The translations under genes and the position numbers were made by a program. Source: Eledone cirrhosa (lineage: Eukaryota). Taken from it: a DNA stretch of 64,000 bases. The notes under the pieces were generated by a model. That model saw only the letters and a program-made list of their open reading frames with translations. It ran no database searches and was not told where the DNA came from. Location of the stretch: assembly GCA_964016885.1 (NCBI GenBank), contig OZ024746.1, positions 37,696,001 through 37,760,000 on the forward strand, given 5' to 3'. Shown here in pieces: positions 1 to 11,540 of the stretch (position 1 is the stretch's first letter; each line of letters begins with the position of its first letter).

Positions 1-97
1 AATTAAAAACTTCAGATATAACTTCGAAAGTTTGTCTATTAAATGTTGAGTTCGCCAAAATATTGATATCGTTTGTGTTTCTATACCCGTTTTGCAT

Positions 98-99
98 TA

Positions 100-162
<63 letters not shown>

Positions 163-171
163 GTTGTTGTT
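98..171. repeat. (TTA)n microsatellite; 3' tail/target of the Dong-like element
   Basis: tta run followed by ttg repeats, directly abutting the element 3' UTR. Confidence 0.9.
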
Positions 172-248
172 ATTCCTTGAATCTCAGTCATTGATGTTGG
201 TTAACTGGAAAGTCCGTTGGATTGAATATCAAGCCACTACCTGCAGCC

Positions 249-3200
249 TCAGATATTCAGGACGTATCGGAGGGTTCTTGCCGTTCCAAGCAAGCATGCC
301 TTTTGAAGCGTTCCAAAAAGCGTGAAGGGGCCGATTTTCTTTAACCATCCCTGGAAACCTTTGGAGATAGTCCCCAGTGCGCCTATGACAATCGGGATCA
401 CTTTGACTTCATGGCAGTTCCAAATCCTTTTCACCTCCCACTTTAGGTCCTGGTATCGGTTAATTTTCTCCCTCTCCTTCTCTTGCACTCTCGTGTCGAA
501 CGGGCAGGCCACATCCACAATCAGGCACGATCTTTTTTCTTTGTCCACAACCACCAGGTCAGGTCTATTGTGTTCCAGTTTTTTGTCCGTCTGTATCCTA
601 AAATCCCACAGCACCTTCACCTGATTGTTCTCCATCACCGCCTCTGGCCTATGCTCATACCATTTCTCAGAATGTGGTAGATTGTTTACTTTGCACAGGT
701 GCCAGTGGATCACCCTGCCCATCACATCGTGTCTCCAGCCCTTATAGTGGGTCTGGGCTAGGTGTTTACACTCGGACACAATGTGAGCCACAGTCTCCTC
801 TCTCTCTCCACAGATCCTGCACAGTGGGCTAGCCTCCTCCTTGTAGATATGGTGCTTCAACCACTTCGTTTTGAGGGCCTGCTCCTGCGCAGCCATTAGC
901 ATTCCTTCTGTAGCCTTTTTGAGGTCTCCTCTTCTCAACCAGTTCCATGTCTGTGGATCTCTAAATTCAGTTTTCTCAAAGAAGGTACTATGAAGGGATT
1001 TTCCCTTAAGGCTGCTCTTCCTCCTTGATGTTATTTCCTCCTTGGGTATCCCCTGGCCTACTGTCCCCTCCTTCAGTACAGCTCTGAGCATTGGCTCCTT
1101 ACTATAGGTCACGTATTTGTATAGGTTGTTTTTCTCCATCTGAACACAGTCCTCTATGCTGATAAGACCTCTTCCACCCTCAGATCTCCTTAGGTAGAGT
1201 CTATCGACATCACTCCTCTTGTGGAACATGTTGTAGATAGTCAATAGCTTCCTAGTCTTCCTATCCATTTCTTTTTGTTCAGCAACATTCCATCTCAGAA
1301 TTCCCGCACTGTACCTAATAATAGACACAGCTCGGGAATTTACTGCGCTTATGGCATTTCTGCTGTTCAGATGTGACTTCAATACGCTCCTTACTCTCCG
1401 AATGTATTCAGTTCTTAACAATTCCTTCATTTTTTTGTTCTTTATGCCATCAGCCTCCAGAACGCCCAAATACTTGTATCCTTCCTCAGAGTCAATTTCC
1501 TTTATCATCTCACCTGTTGGTATCTGGATCCCGTTACTTCTGCTCAACCTACCCCTCCTCATCACAATGACTCCACATTTACCAATACCAAACTGCATAC
1601 ATATATCACTGCTGAAAATACGGACAGTGTCAACAAGCACATCCAACTCCTTCTCACTTTTCCCGAAGAGCTTAAGGTCGTCCATGAAGAGGAGGTGATT
1701 GATGGTAAGCTCTCCCCTTCCCAACTTGTATCCTGCTCTCACTTTTCGCAGCATAATGGTCAAGGGCATCAGGGCAAGGACAAACAACAGAGGGGACAGG
1801 CTATCTCCCTGGAAGATACCTCTCTTGATCTTCACGCTTCCCAAGGATACTCCAGTTGATGTCAACTCTGTCTCCCAGGACCCCATACTCCTGCCCAGCA
1901 ACTGTCTGATGTTATCTGCCACCCTGAAGATCTCCAGGCTTTTGGTGATCCAGGAATGAGGCACCATGTCAAATGCCTTTCTGTAGTCTATCCATCCCAT
2001 GGCAAGATCAGTGTGTCTCCTCCTGCAATTCCCCATTACCATCTTATCAATAAGCAACTGGTCCTTTGTACCACGTGACTTCTTTCGGCATCCTTTCTGT
2101 TCGTCCGGCAACAAGTTGTTTGTGTGGAGGTGATGGTAGATTTCCTCAGACACAATGCTCGTCAACAGTTTCCACATTACGGGCAGACATGTGATAGGTC
2201 TATAGTTGGTGACATCATTACCCTTGATTTGATCTTTCATTATCAGAACTGTGGTACCTTTTGTCAACCACTCTGGCACCTCACCCGACACCAAGCAGTC
2301 ATTGAACATGGCCGTCAGCTTCGGGTGGAGGGATGTTAAATGTTTAATCCAATACCCCTGCACACCATCTGGGCCTGGTGATTTCCAGTTGGTTAGTTTT
2401 TTGGCTTGCCCCTTAAGAGTTTCAACTGTGATACTCAAATCAGTCTGTTGCTGTGCCTGCTCACCGATCTCCCTCTGTACTGTCTCAATCCACCCTGCCT
2501 GGGCATTGTGTCTAACATCCTGCTCCCATATTCCTCTCCAGAATGTTTTAGCTTGTTCCGCCCCAGGGATCAAGTCGGTGCCTCTTTCTTTCCCCTCAAG
2601 CTGTCCAAACAGCATCTTCTGGTTGTTGTCGAACATGCGGTTCTGTTTATACTGACTGACTCTGTTCTCGTATCGCCTGATTTTGGCACTCTTTGCTACA
2701 ATGCGTTGCTTCAATTCCTCTATGATAATATTTAGCTTTTTACTCCTAGTTTTGTATTTTATTTCCAGTCTATTTTTAGTGCCTATGTTTTTTAGTGTCC
2801 CATTCAGTAGTGACTCAAGCTTTCCTATGTCATTTCTCATTTCCCCGATTTGCCCACTCAGTCGCTTCTTCCACCACGGCTCTGCTCTTTCTTGTCTGTT
2901 GTTTCCTCTCGCTTTTATACCAAGTAGTTTCCTCACCGTATTTGCTGTTGCTTTGAGGATATTGTTGCACTGGTGAAGACTCCTCGCCTCAAGGTATGGG
3001 ATGACTTTGTTTACCTTAGCTGTTGTTTCTTTTAACTTTTTCCTGTCTACAAATCTTAGGTTCATAGGTCTCCCACTATCATTGTTCAACTCATCTACCA
3101 CTAAATTTAGGATGTCAACCGAATCTTGTCCTAGCCCGTCAGCATTCATCTCCTCAGTGGCCGTATCTCTGTTCCAGGTATTATTTATCTCAGTATTCAG

Positions 3201-3641
3201 ATCATTGTCTGCTTCGGGTGGTTCCTTCGTTCTCAGGACCTCCTCACCTTCATTTCCCGCCGGCTCGCTTGTCTGGCATACTACACCCGCCATCTCCAAG
3301 CCATTCTCTCTGCTCAGTTCCTCCAGTTCCAGCTCGCTTATCCACCCATTAGTTCTTATTACCCGAGCCTGCCCGGCCAATTTTTGTTCATCTAATTTAA
3401 ATAAACCAATCTCGTTCCAGATGTTATGCATCCGTCTCCTGTAGCCCCTCTCCTTGGGGTTACTTTTCAGGTAGCATTGCATAACAGTTCTATTCAATTC
3501 TTTCGTCCAGTTGGTTCTGGCCCCTTTCCTTCTTCTTCTTCCTCCAACATCAGCAGTATTTCGTTGACAGTCAGGTTCCTGCTGCTGAGCCAGGGGGCAC
3601 CTGTTGGGTGAGAGTCTGTCACATGACGTTCTAGTCTCCAT
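249..3641 (-). CDS. Intact RT + CCHC zinc knuckle + restriction-like endonuclease polyprotein, 1130 aa
   Basis: [39 protein letters not shown]; CRICGEREETVAHIVSEC; RHD; RPDLVVVD..IVDVACP..EKINRY. Confidence 0.95.
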   Translation of the reverse strand: METRTSCDRLSPNRCPLAQQQEPDCQRNTADVGGRRRRKGARTNWTKELNRTVMQCYLKSNPKERGYRRRMHNIWNEIGLFKLDEQKLAGQARVIRTNGWISELELEELSRENGLEMAGVVCQTSEPAGNEGEEVLRTKEPPEADNDLNTEINNTWNRDTATEEMNADGLGQDSVDILNLVVDELNNDSGRPMNLRFVDRKKLKETTAKVNKVIPYLEARSLHQCNNILKATANTVRKLLGIKARGNNRQERAEPWWKKRLSGQIGEMRNDIGKLESLLNGTLKNIGTKNRLEIKYKTRSKKLNIIIEELKQRIVAKSAKIRRYENRVSQYKQNRMFDNNQKMLFGQLEGKERGTDLIPGAEQAKTFWRGIWEQDVRHNAQAGWIETVQREIGEQAQQQTDLSITVETLKGQAKKLTNWKSPGPDGVQGYWIKHLTSLHPKLTAMFNDCLVSGEVPEWLTKGTTVLIMKDQIKGNDVTNYRPITCLPVMWKLLTSIVSEEIYHHLHTNNLLPDEQKGCRKKSRGTKDQLLIDKMVMGNCRRRHTDLAMGWIDYRKAFDMVPHSWITKSLEIFRVADNIRQLLGRSMGSWETELTSTGVSLGSVKIKRGIFQGDSLSPLLFVLALMPLTIMLRKVRAGYKLGRGELTINHLLFMDDLKLFGKSEKELDVLVDTVRIFSSDICMQFGIGKCGVIVMRRGRLSRSNGIQIPTGEMIKEIDSEEGYKYLGVLEADGIKNKKMKELLRTEYIRRVRSVLKSHLNSRNAISAVNSRAVSIIRYSAGILRWNVAEQKEMDRKTRKLLTIYNMFHKRSDVDRLYLRRSEGGRGLISIEDCVQMEKNNLYKYVTYSKEPMLRAVLKEGTVGQGIPKEEITSRRKSSLKGKSLHSTFFEKTEFRDPQTWNWLRRGDLKKATEGMLMAAQEQALKTKWLKHHIYKEEASPLCRICGEREETVAHIVSECKHLAQTHYKGWRHDVMGRVIHWHLCKVNNLPHSEKWYEHRPEAVMENNQVKVLWDFRIQTDKKLEHNRPDLVVVDKEKRSCLIVDVACPFDTRVQEKEREKINRYQDLKWEVKRIWNCHEVKVIPIVIGALGTISKGFQGWLKKIGPFTLFGTLQKACLLGTARTLRYVLNI

Positions 3642-4210
3642 TTCACCGTTATTCGAACTGTTTATGTTCGATATTTAAACACTCTTATCGAGGATTGGCG
3701 AATGTATGTTTACATAGCCATCTGTGGATCCGCCATCCCACTTGGCCCTTGTGTGGCATTATCACCACGCTGTATACGGACACACATAAACAAACAAACA
3801 CACGGGCAGAAAGGGCCCCAAAAATGAATAAGCATAAGTTTCATTGTAATGTAGTATTCGAATGTCCGACTTAGTTTTTGTTTTTTAAGTTTTACTTTTC
3901 CCCCCCTCTTCTCTGTCCGTCCGCCTGCTTCTCTCTTCATTCTTATTTTCTTTACGTTTTTGGGGTTTCTTTTTTTGTTTTTGTTTTTCTCTGTTTTTCT
4001 CGTTTTTTACTGTTGTTGCTGTGCTGCTTTTGTTGTTTGTTTTTTCTTTTTTCTTTTGAGTCTATCTATATATTTTGATGCCTTCCTCTTTGTTAGTAGT
4101 AGGAATTCTATAATGTGGAAGTGGTAGCCAGCAGAGACTAGCGGCGTTGGCGATACTGAGACAGTGGTGGCGGTGATGTCGATACCGAGGCAGCGGTGGC
4201 GGTGATGCGA

Positions 4211-4878
4211 CCGTATTACTGTAGTGATGGTGCTGTAGCGGTGGCAGCAGCAGTGAAGGAGTCAGGGGGTGGTGGCGGCGGTGATGGGACAGCGGTGGCA
4301 ATGATGGCCGTAGTGAGCGGTGGCGGTGAAGGTGAAAATGCTGTTGTGTTTAGTGTACACAGATGATGGGGTGGGTGGTGTATCTAGTTTCTGGTGTTGG
4401 TGAGTTTCGCTGTCCTATATAGTGTAGCCAGAGGAGAGGAGGGGGGGGGGTTCTTCTTCTTCCATTTATAGCCATTTTATTTTATTTATTTTTTTTTTTT
4501 TTTTTTTTTGGATATACAGTGTACAATACAAAGTTGAATATTTGAATATTTGAGCCGTATTACTGTAGTGATGGTGCTGTAGCGGTGGCAGCAGCAGTGA
4601 AGGAGTCAGGGGGTGGTGGCGGCGGTGATGGGACAGCGGTGGCAATGATGGCCGTAGTGAGCGGTGGCGGTGAAGGTGAAAATGCTGTTGTGTTTAGTGT
4701 ACACAGATGATGGGGTGGGCGGTGTATCTAGTTTCTGGTGTTGGTGAGTTTAGCTGTCCTATATAGTGTAGCCAGAGGAGAGGAGGGGGGGGGGGGGTTC
4801 TTCTTCTTCCATTTATAGCCATTTTTTTTTTGGATATACAGTGTACAATACAAAGTTGAACATTTGAATATTTGAGCC
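4211..4878. repeat. Tandem duplication (~340 bp unit) inside the Dong 5' region
   Basis: ccgtattactgtagtgatggtgc... starts at 4211 and again at 4555; units nearly identical. Confidence 0.9.
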
Positions 4879-5045
4879 TTATAACAATATATTTTGGGTC
4901 CGAATTTTTTGGGGCTCAAGCCGGGTGCTTTACGTAGCATTTGTACTAAGAGTTGTTATTTCACAAATGATTTAAATATGTTAAAAATTCAAAACTTACG
5001 GGAGCGATTTCATGACCTCCGTCACCTCGTGCGTCTTCTTCCCTA

Positions 5046-5094
<49 letters not shown>

Positions 5095-6122
5095 TTCATT
5101 AGCTTTTCTTGAACGGTAATAAGATTCTTTATACCCTATTTATTTAATTATGTTCAGTCTAATGAATAGAATAAAACTGAAATATTAAATTAGCATGATA
5201 AACTCAGCTGGTATTACTTTCTTTTTTTTTTAACATCTGCATGACTTTATTATTATCGTGTTTTGTTGTATATGGATTTCTGTGTATTTCGTTGAGGTTT
5301 CATTTATATCTATTTGTATTTATGTGTATTTGTTCGTTGATATTTCGTTCTTATTGTGCTTAGGCTATTAAAGTCGTGTTACAGAGATGCCACTCTTTTT
5401 GCACGATTTTATGTGTGAATAACTCCATTAAGACGCCAACTATACATAGTGGTAGACTTATTTCGTTTATTGTATACGATAGAACAGTTACTCTGGTTAT
5501 TGTCCTGGTTTTTGAAGCTATTTGTATTATTGATGTCTGTATGTATGTTCCTTTGGATGGTATATTTATAAAGACTTGAATAAGGTGTTCGTGTATATGT
5601 AATTCTCCTCTCTCAATCTCTCTCTCTCTTTCTCTATATCTCTCTCTCTCTCTAGAAAATTTATATTCATTTCGGTATCCTGATGACATCTTCAATTAGC
5701 GTCCATAATAGATTATTACAGCCTGTTCAATTGGGTAAAGATTCTAAAGGAGATGTAATAAAAACTTTTAAATTTAATAAATTAATTCTCACAAGTAACT
5801 ACAAATTGACCTCTGCTTGTTTTGATAAAAAGCGTCGGCAATAAACCAGCCCAACACCGTCATATATACGTATAATTGTAAATCTCTTTTATATTGAACA
5901 CTGATCTGGATATTGAGAAGTGTGAGTTCCATTCCCACGTCGGCTTATAATCATTTCTTTCTGATCTGAGGCCTTCTATACAGTGTCAATACAGCATTTG
6001 CTATAGTTAGAAATTCAGCAAATGCTATTCAATTTTTGAACTGAAACCAACGTCGTCTTTTAAGCGCACGCGCTAATTTACACTACCTAATATCTACTGA
6101 TATCTTCTAAATGACGGAGAAA

Positions 6123-6147
6123 AAAGAGTGGCCAAGTTATATATATA

Positions 6148-6208
<61 letters not shown>

Positions 6209-6242
6209 ATATATATATATATATATAACTTGGCCACTCTTT
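6123..6242. repeat. Short inverted repeat bracketing a (TA)n tract
   Basis: aaagagtggccaagtta ... taacttggccactcttt. Confidence 0.85.
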
Positions 6243-6275
6243 ATATATATATGCTTATATATATAAATATATATA

Positions 6276-6360
<85 letters not shown>

Positions 6361-7474
6361 ATACTTAACATTTAATATTCTACCATACTATTTCATTCTA
6401 ATACCATTATAAATTTTAAAGGAGTGTAAATGAAACGAGTAAATGAGACAAAGTTGGAATTCCTTTTATTAATATAATCTTCTATACACAATCATACACA
6501 CCCGTGTATATTTATCTCTCTCTCTCTATATATATATATATATGCCTATATATATATGTATATATGCTTATATACATATATATGTGTGTATGTGTGTGTA
6601 TGTGTGTGTGTGTGTGTCCGTGTGTGTGCGCGTGTGTATATATATATATATGCAATATTTAGGATTTGAAAAATCCAATGACTGATCTATTGGTTATTTA
6701 GGAGGTTACTGTATTAATATGCCAAGTAATTCGATGATTATTTATGATTTTGTTTCCGTTCACCGGTTAGAAAAATGGTTTTAGGTTTTGTTTTTCAAAC
6801 TTGGCCGACCGCGTATGTTCTTGCTAAACAAAATTCACGTAAATTGTTTCATCTTTGTCGCTTATAGTGAAGAATTCCTTACAAAGGTTGTAATACAGGC
6901 TTTATTTTTTCATAATAAAAAATATGCGCGGGAAATATTGATTTTAGGCTTGAATGTATTTGTGATAACTTTTTTCCTTATTGATACGTTTTTCAAGAGT
7001 GAAATTTTCGCATCACTTCTATAATGGGAAGACATCAACACTTGTCAAGATTCGCCCTATACTTCCCTCTCCATATTAACTTAGTGGGAACTTTCTGTTG
7101 TGCAGGTCACTGATTTATTGACGGTGAACTGTGATTCGTCTTGTTACTATGATTATTTTATTAAGATAATGTATTGTTAGAAATATTAATAACAGGATAA
7201 TGTAGAACTAGGAAGGAATGCGTGTGGTCTATAACGTTGTATATTAGGAATTTCTCGTATTTTTTTAAGGAAGTCTGGTTTCCTTTTGCTCTAAGAGATA
7301 GACAACGCTTTTTAAATAATACCAGGGGCATGTAATTGGTTACTCTCTCTCTATTACTCTAATGGATACTGCTGTATTTTCATATCTTGCTGTATCACAT
7401 AGATTAAAGGTGCTGTGGCTTAATAATAGCTTTGATTTGAGTTATCATAATATATATATACATATATATATATA

Positions 7475-7660
7475 TAACAAAGGAATTGTGGTAAGGAAAC
7501 AGATGGACCCATAACGCATCAGAGTACTCAATACTTAGGGTAGTAGAGTGGGAAATAGGAAAAGCATATGACCCCGACAGCAGAGCTCAAGCCGTTTCGA
7601 CGTCTAGAAATAGACGTCGAAACAGCTTGAGCTCTGCCGTCGGGGTCATACTTTTTCCTA
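7475..7660 (-). mobile_element. Short hairpin element (family H) with one-sided tail and 3' half of a hammerhead
   Basis: Palindrome 7556-7660; arms carry GAAAC-GGCT..GCC-GTC-GGGGTC; homologous to 44641, 47754, 51622 and 57603; flanked by (TA)n. Confidence 0.75.
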
Positions 7661-7678
7661 TATATATATATATATATA

Positions 7679-7822
7679 TAGGAAAAAGTATGATCCCGAC
7701 GGCAGAGCTCAAGCCGTTTCGAACAATAAGTAGAAAAGTATATATATATATTTATATATATATACTTTTCTACTTATTGTTCGAAACGGCTTGAGCTCTG
7801 CCGTCGGGATCATACTTTTTCC

Positions 7823-7856
<34 letters not shown>

Positions 7857-7998
7857 TAGGAAAAAGTATGATCCCGACGGCAGAGCTCAAGCCGTTTCGA
7901 ACAATAAGTAGAAAAGTATATATATATATTTATATATATATACTTTTCTACTTATTGTTCGAAACGGCTTGAGCTCTGCCGTCGGGATCATACTTTTT

Positions 7999-8003
<5 letters not shown>
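7679..8003. repeat. Two tandem ~145 bp palindromes made of family H arms plus captured flank sequence
   Basis: taggaaaaagtatgatcccgac...gaacaataagtagaaaag(ta)n and its reverse complement, at 7679-7823 and 7857-8002. Confidence 0.85.
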
Positions 8004-8035
<32 letters not shown>

Positions 8036-8176
8036 AGTTTATGTTGGTTGTATACCAACACCTCAGTATGCAGGCTGGAGCACTCGACGAAGTGCGCAGG
8101 TTGGTTTGGTTACTCCGGAGTAGTGTAAAATAAAGTTAAATAAAAGTCAAATGATTAAAATTTAGCTTCGTTTATT

Positions 8177-8231
8177 ACTGCTATATATATTTCAGTGACA
8201 GCCATCTTTGGCTGTGACCTCTTCAGGCAGT
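8177..8231 (-). ncRNA. Minimal type I hammerhead ribozyme (mirror copy)
   Basis: Exact reverse complement of 8462-8516. Confidence 0.8.
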
Positions 8232-8461
8232 TTGAATTAGTATGGTATAGACAAGTACATATGTTGTTTAGGTGTATGATATTGTCAATACTCTGATATG
8301 CCCAGTTCCTTGTTGGGTTGTTAATTCACTGGGGAACTGGAGTCATATGACTCCAGTTCCCCAGTGAATTAACAACCCAACAAGGAACTGGGCATATCAG
8401 AGTATTGACAATATCATACACCTAAACAACATATGTACTTGTCTATACCATACTAATTCAA

Positions 8462-8516
8462 ACTGCCTGAAGAGGTCACAGCCAAAGATGGCTGTCACTG
8501 AAATATATATAGCAGT
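8462..8516 (+). ncRNA. Minimal type I hammerhead ribozyme
   Basis: actgc-CTGAAGA-ggtcacagcca(aaga)tggctgtcact-GAAA-tatata-TA-gcagt; stem I actgc/gcagt. Confidence 0.8.
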
Positions 8517-8560
8517 AATAAACGAAGCTAAATTTTAATCATTTGACTTTTATTTAACTT

Positions 8561-8591
<31 letters not shown>

Positions 8592-10243
8592 CTTTTCTAC
8601 TTATTGTTCATGTTTATCACCAAACGTCTTTTATTTGTTTTTGTTTTAGTTTTGTTTGTTTTGTTTTTAAATCCCTTGCTTTCATGGTTGTGTTTTTCCA
8701 TCCCACGTCCATATCCTTTTTATCTACGCGAATCATTTTCTTTCGTTTGATTCAATGCGTGCACTCAGGCATTTGTGAACACTTCATTGTCACCTATTCA
8801 GTTAATCACTTCCAATGTTGCAGATGGCGTTACTGATGTAGTATCCTTTACCTTTCTCGTGATTTCTGGTAAATAATGTCTCCATTGAGGTTCTATTTGA
8901 GGCACACAAGCAGTGTATGTGCATATTCTGTGTTCCATTGGGTTGTTTATTGTGGGTGTGAGTGTGGGTGTGGGTATATGTGTCTGTGCGTGTGTTGTGT
9001 GTGATGTGTTTATCCTATTTTGATTTACATATATTGCATTATAGTATTTCTTTCGTTAACATTTGTGTCATTCTTAATGTATATTTTCCTTTCTGTGTAT
9101 AAGCAGTTTCTTCTTTTTTCCCTCCTACATAAGCAAAAAGATGCATATATTTTGCTTTTTTGCTTTCTCGTCTATAAATGCAATATCAGCTTACGTTACT
9201 AAGCGCGTACATTAATGTAGTATACATTTCATTTAATGCACAAGTTTGATCATTTATATTAATTTACCATATAAATATTCCTAATTTTGGTTATAATTTT
9301 AATGATGTTCTTTATATCATATAATCTTCTACTGGTTTCTTTTCTCAGAATTAATTGTAAAAATTCGTATCTGTAAGTTTTTGTTTAGCTTCATTTATCG
9401 CATTGTATTTGTGACAGAATTTAATTGCATCTCCTGGCAATAATATCATTCTTTATTCAAACTTACTAATTCGAAGATGGATTTTGTTTGTGCCACTTTA
9501 TTCATGAATACACTTGGTTTGTAGTAATATCATGCGTTGGTGTAATTTTTGCGTTTGTGGAATTCTGTTCTAGCGGGTATTATTAATGATATTCATGTTA
9601 ACATTGCCTTTTATAATGACATTTGTCTGTCTAGACCCTTAACTCCTGATTTCAAATCCTACCGAGATGTATTCTGCGTCACATCCTCCCATGGTTGGTA
9701 ATATAATGTACTAGTTAAGTTCCGGGTAAGTTATAATCTCCGATCCCAAATTGCTCGCCTTGATCCTAACTTTATTTATGATAATCGTTCAAATCTTACT
9801 ATTCAAAATTGTAACACTTTTTTTTAAAGATCTTTCAGTTTGTTATCTGGGTGGATACGTGCTCAAATAGAGCATGTTACAGTTTTTTCGTGTAAATATA
9901 ATTACCTTTACTTCTCGTTGATTTGCGTTTCTTACATATAAATCGAGTTTCGAACACTCACTATTGCTTGTCATTTTAGGTAAGATCTAAACGTGTATAT
10001 TCATGATGATGTCCTGGAAATAATTTATATGCTATTTTCTTTGTAAGAGCTCAAGTAGAAATATATTGAATAACGGGCTTTTAAAGATTGTAGGAATAGA
10101 TTTGGCTGCTGTTTCTAGTTTATGGACAGGGTCAGTATGAAGTACGCACGTTGAGATGTATAATTTTTTTTAACCTGGTACCAATATTTTTCCCGGCCAT
10201 ATATGTTATTCAGTCAGCTCTTAAAACGAAACTTCATAAAATA

Positions 10244-10612
10244 ATTGTTTCTACTTTAGGCACAAGGCCACAATTACCCAGTGCATTACTGGTACTTTAT
10301 TTTATCGACCCCGTAAGGATGAAAGGCAAAGTCAACCTCGGCGGGATTTCAACTCAGATCCTAAAGGGACGTAACTATGCTGGAAAGCATGAGTCCGACC
10401 CTCTACCGATACTGCCAATCCACCGCCCTGTATAATTGTTTCTACTTTAGGCACAAGGCCAGCAATTACCCAGTGCATTACTGGTACTTTATTTTATCGA
10501 CTCCGTAAGGATGAAAGGCAAAGTTAACCTCGGCGGGCTTTGAACTCAGATCGTAAAGGGACGTAACTATGCTGGAAAGCTTGGCGTCCGACCCTCCACC
10601 GATACTACCATT
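10244..10612 (-). mobile_element. Tandem dimer of tRNA-derived Nin-domain SINE
   Basis: Minus strand shows A box (tggcagtatcgg), B box (gagttcaaa..), Nin-like core gcctttcatccttacggggtcgataaaat and an att tail; units start at 10244 and 10434. Confidence 0.85.
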
Positions 10613-11509
10613 ACACATTTTAATATATATATATAACAAGTAGAAAGTATGTATGATGCCGTTTGACCTGATAAAAATACCTGTGGAATAAAGCTAATTC
10701 CTCACTTAAATGTAAACGACAGATGAATGCAGTTGGGAATTCATGTAGAAGACATAGGATGGTGTGATTACAGAATAACTATAGCTTACTGGAGGACCAT
10801 CTCAAGCATATTTAAATCATAGGAAAAGTAAATTCAAATTAAATAAAAGCGTTTTGCATTGCATCGTTATTACCAATTCACTTTCTTATATCACACAACG
10901 AGCATTATATATTATATAGATTCATCATACAATGTAAGGCTTCACAGTTACATGTTTTCGGGCTGCCCGTAGAATGCATTCAAGATCCGTATGATAATTA
11001 AACCGTAAGTCAGATTAAGTCTAATAACTAATAACAGGTACATTTCCCCTGACGGTATTTTACATAGATGCCATCGGACAATTTACATTCACGAACATTT
11101 GAGCAGTTCGAACATATGACATTAGATACGTCCCTAATATGAAGACAATTCGCATTGAAAACTTAAACTACTTGCAAATCAAACTTAAATGCTAATAATA
11201 GATGTATTCTAATTCAGCTGTACAGAAGGAGTGAATAAATCAAGTCTATGCAACCACTGGCAAATATTATCCACACTGCTCATCAAGAGAAAACATTTTA
11301 AATATTTAATTAAACGTCAAGTTGTATATGTTTTATCTCTTTTTCAATCTTACTTTATTCTCATTAAATATAATTTAATCTACTAATGAATGTTAATTTG
11401 ATTTCAAACATTGCCTTGCGATTCAGAAAATAATTTTACACAAGAACGCAGTCAGACACCGAGGAGATATATACACGCACACACACATACACACAGAGAG
11501 ACACACGAT

Positions 11510-11540
<31 letters not shown>

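Larger units (their letters stand above)
172..5043 (-). mobile_element. Full-length R4/Dong-clade non-LTR retrotransposon (family A, copy 1)
   Basis: Single RT-RLE ORF, ~1.4 kb 5' region, (TAA)n on both sides (98-171, 5046-5093); colinear with the copy at 20840-25878 over both UTRs. Confidence 0.9.
8031..8567. mobile_element. Perfect ~442 bp palindrome (8126-8567) with ~95 bp one-sided tail; PLE pLTR-derived
   Basis: Centre agtcat|atgact at 8346/8347; hammerhead in each arm; inserted in (TA)n. Confidence 0.85.

Noticed and set aside
322-3611. Plus-strand ORFs overlapping the Dong ORF (and equivalents at 21-29 kb, 49-50 kb and 59-62 kb)
   Set aside because: Antisense shadows of the retroelement coding frames, with no recognisable motifs
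4900-5043. HDV-like ribozyme at the Dong 5' end
   Set aside because: I could not build the nested double pseudoknot by eye; needs a descriptor search
5671-5700. CTGATGA hammerhead candidate
   Set aside because: No stem II/GAAA/stem I partner downstream
5360-7440. Possible very old PLE RT remnants on the minus strand (5360-5600, 7030-7440)
   Set aside because: Only faint motif resemblance; cannot be supported without a profile search
7556-8003. CRISPR-like repeated palindromic units
   Set aside because: Eukaryotic context, no unique spacers or cas genes; explained by family H hairpins
10244-10612. tRNA gene
   Set aside because: A/B boxes belong to a SINE head; no cloverleaf; multiple copies with tails and TSDs
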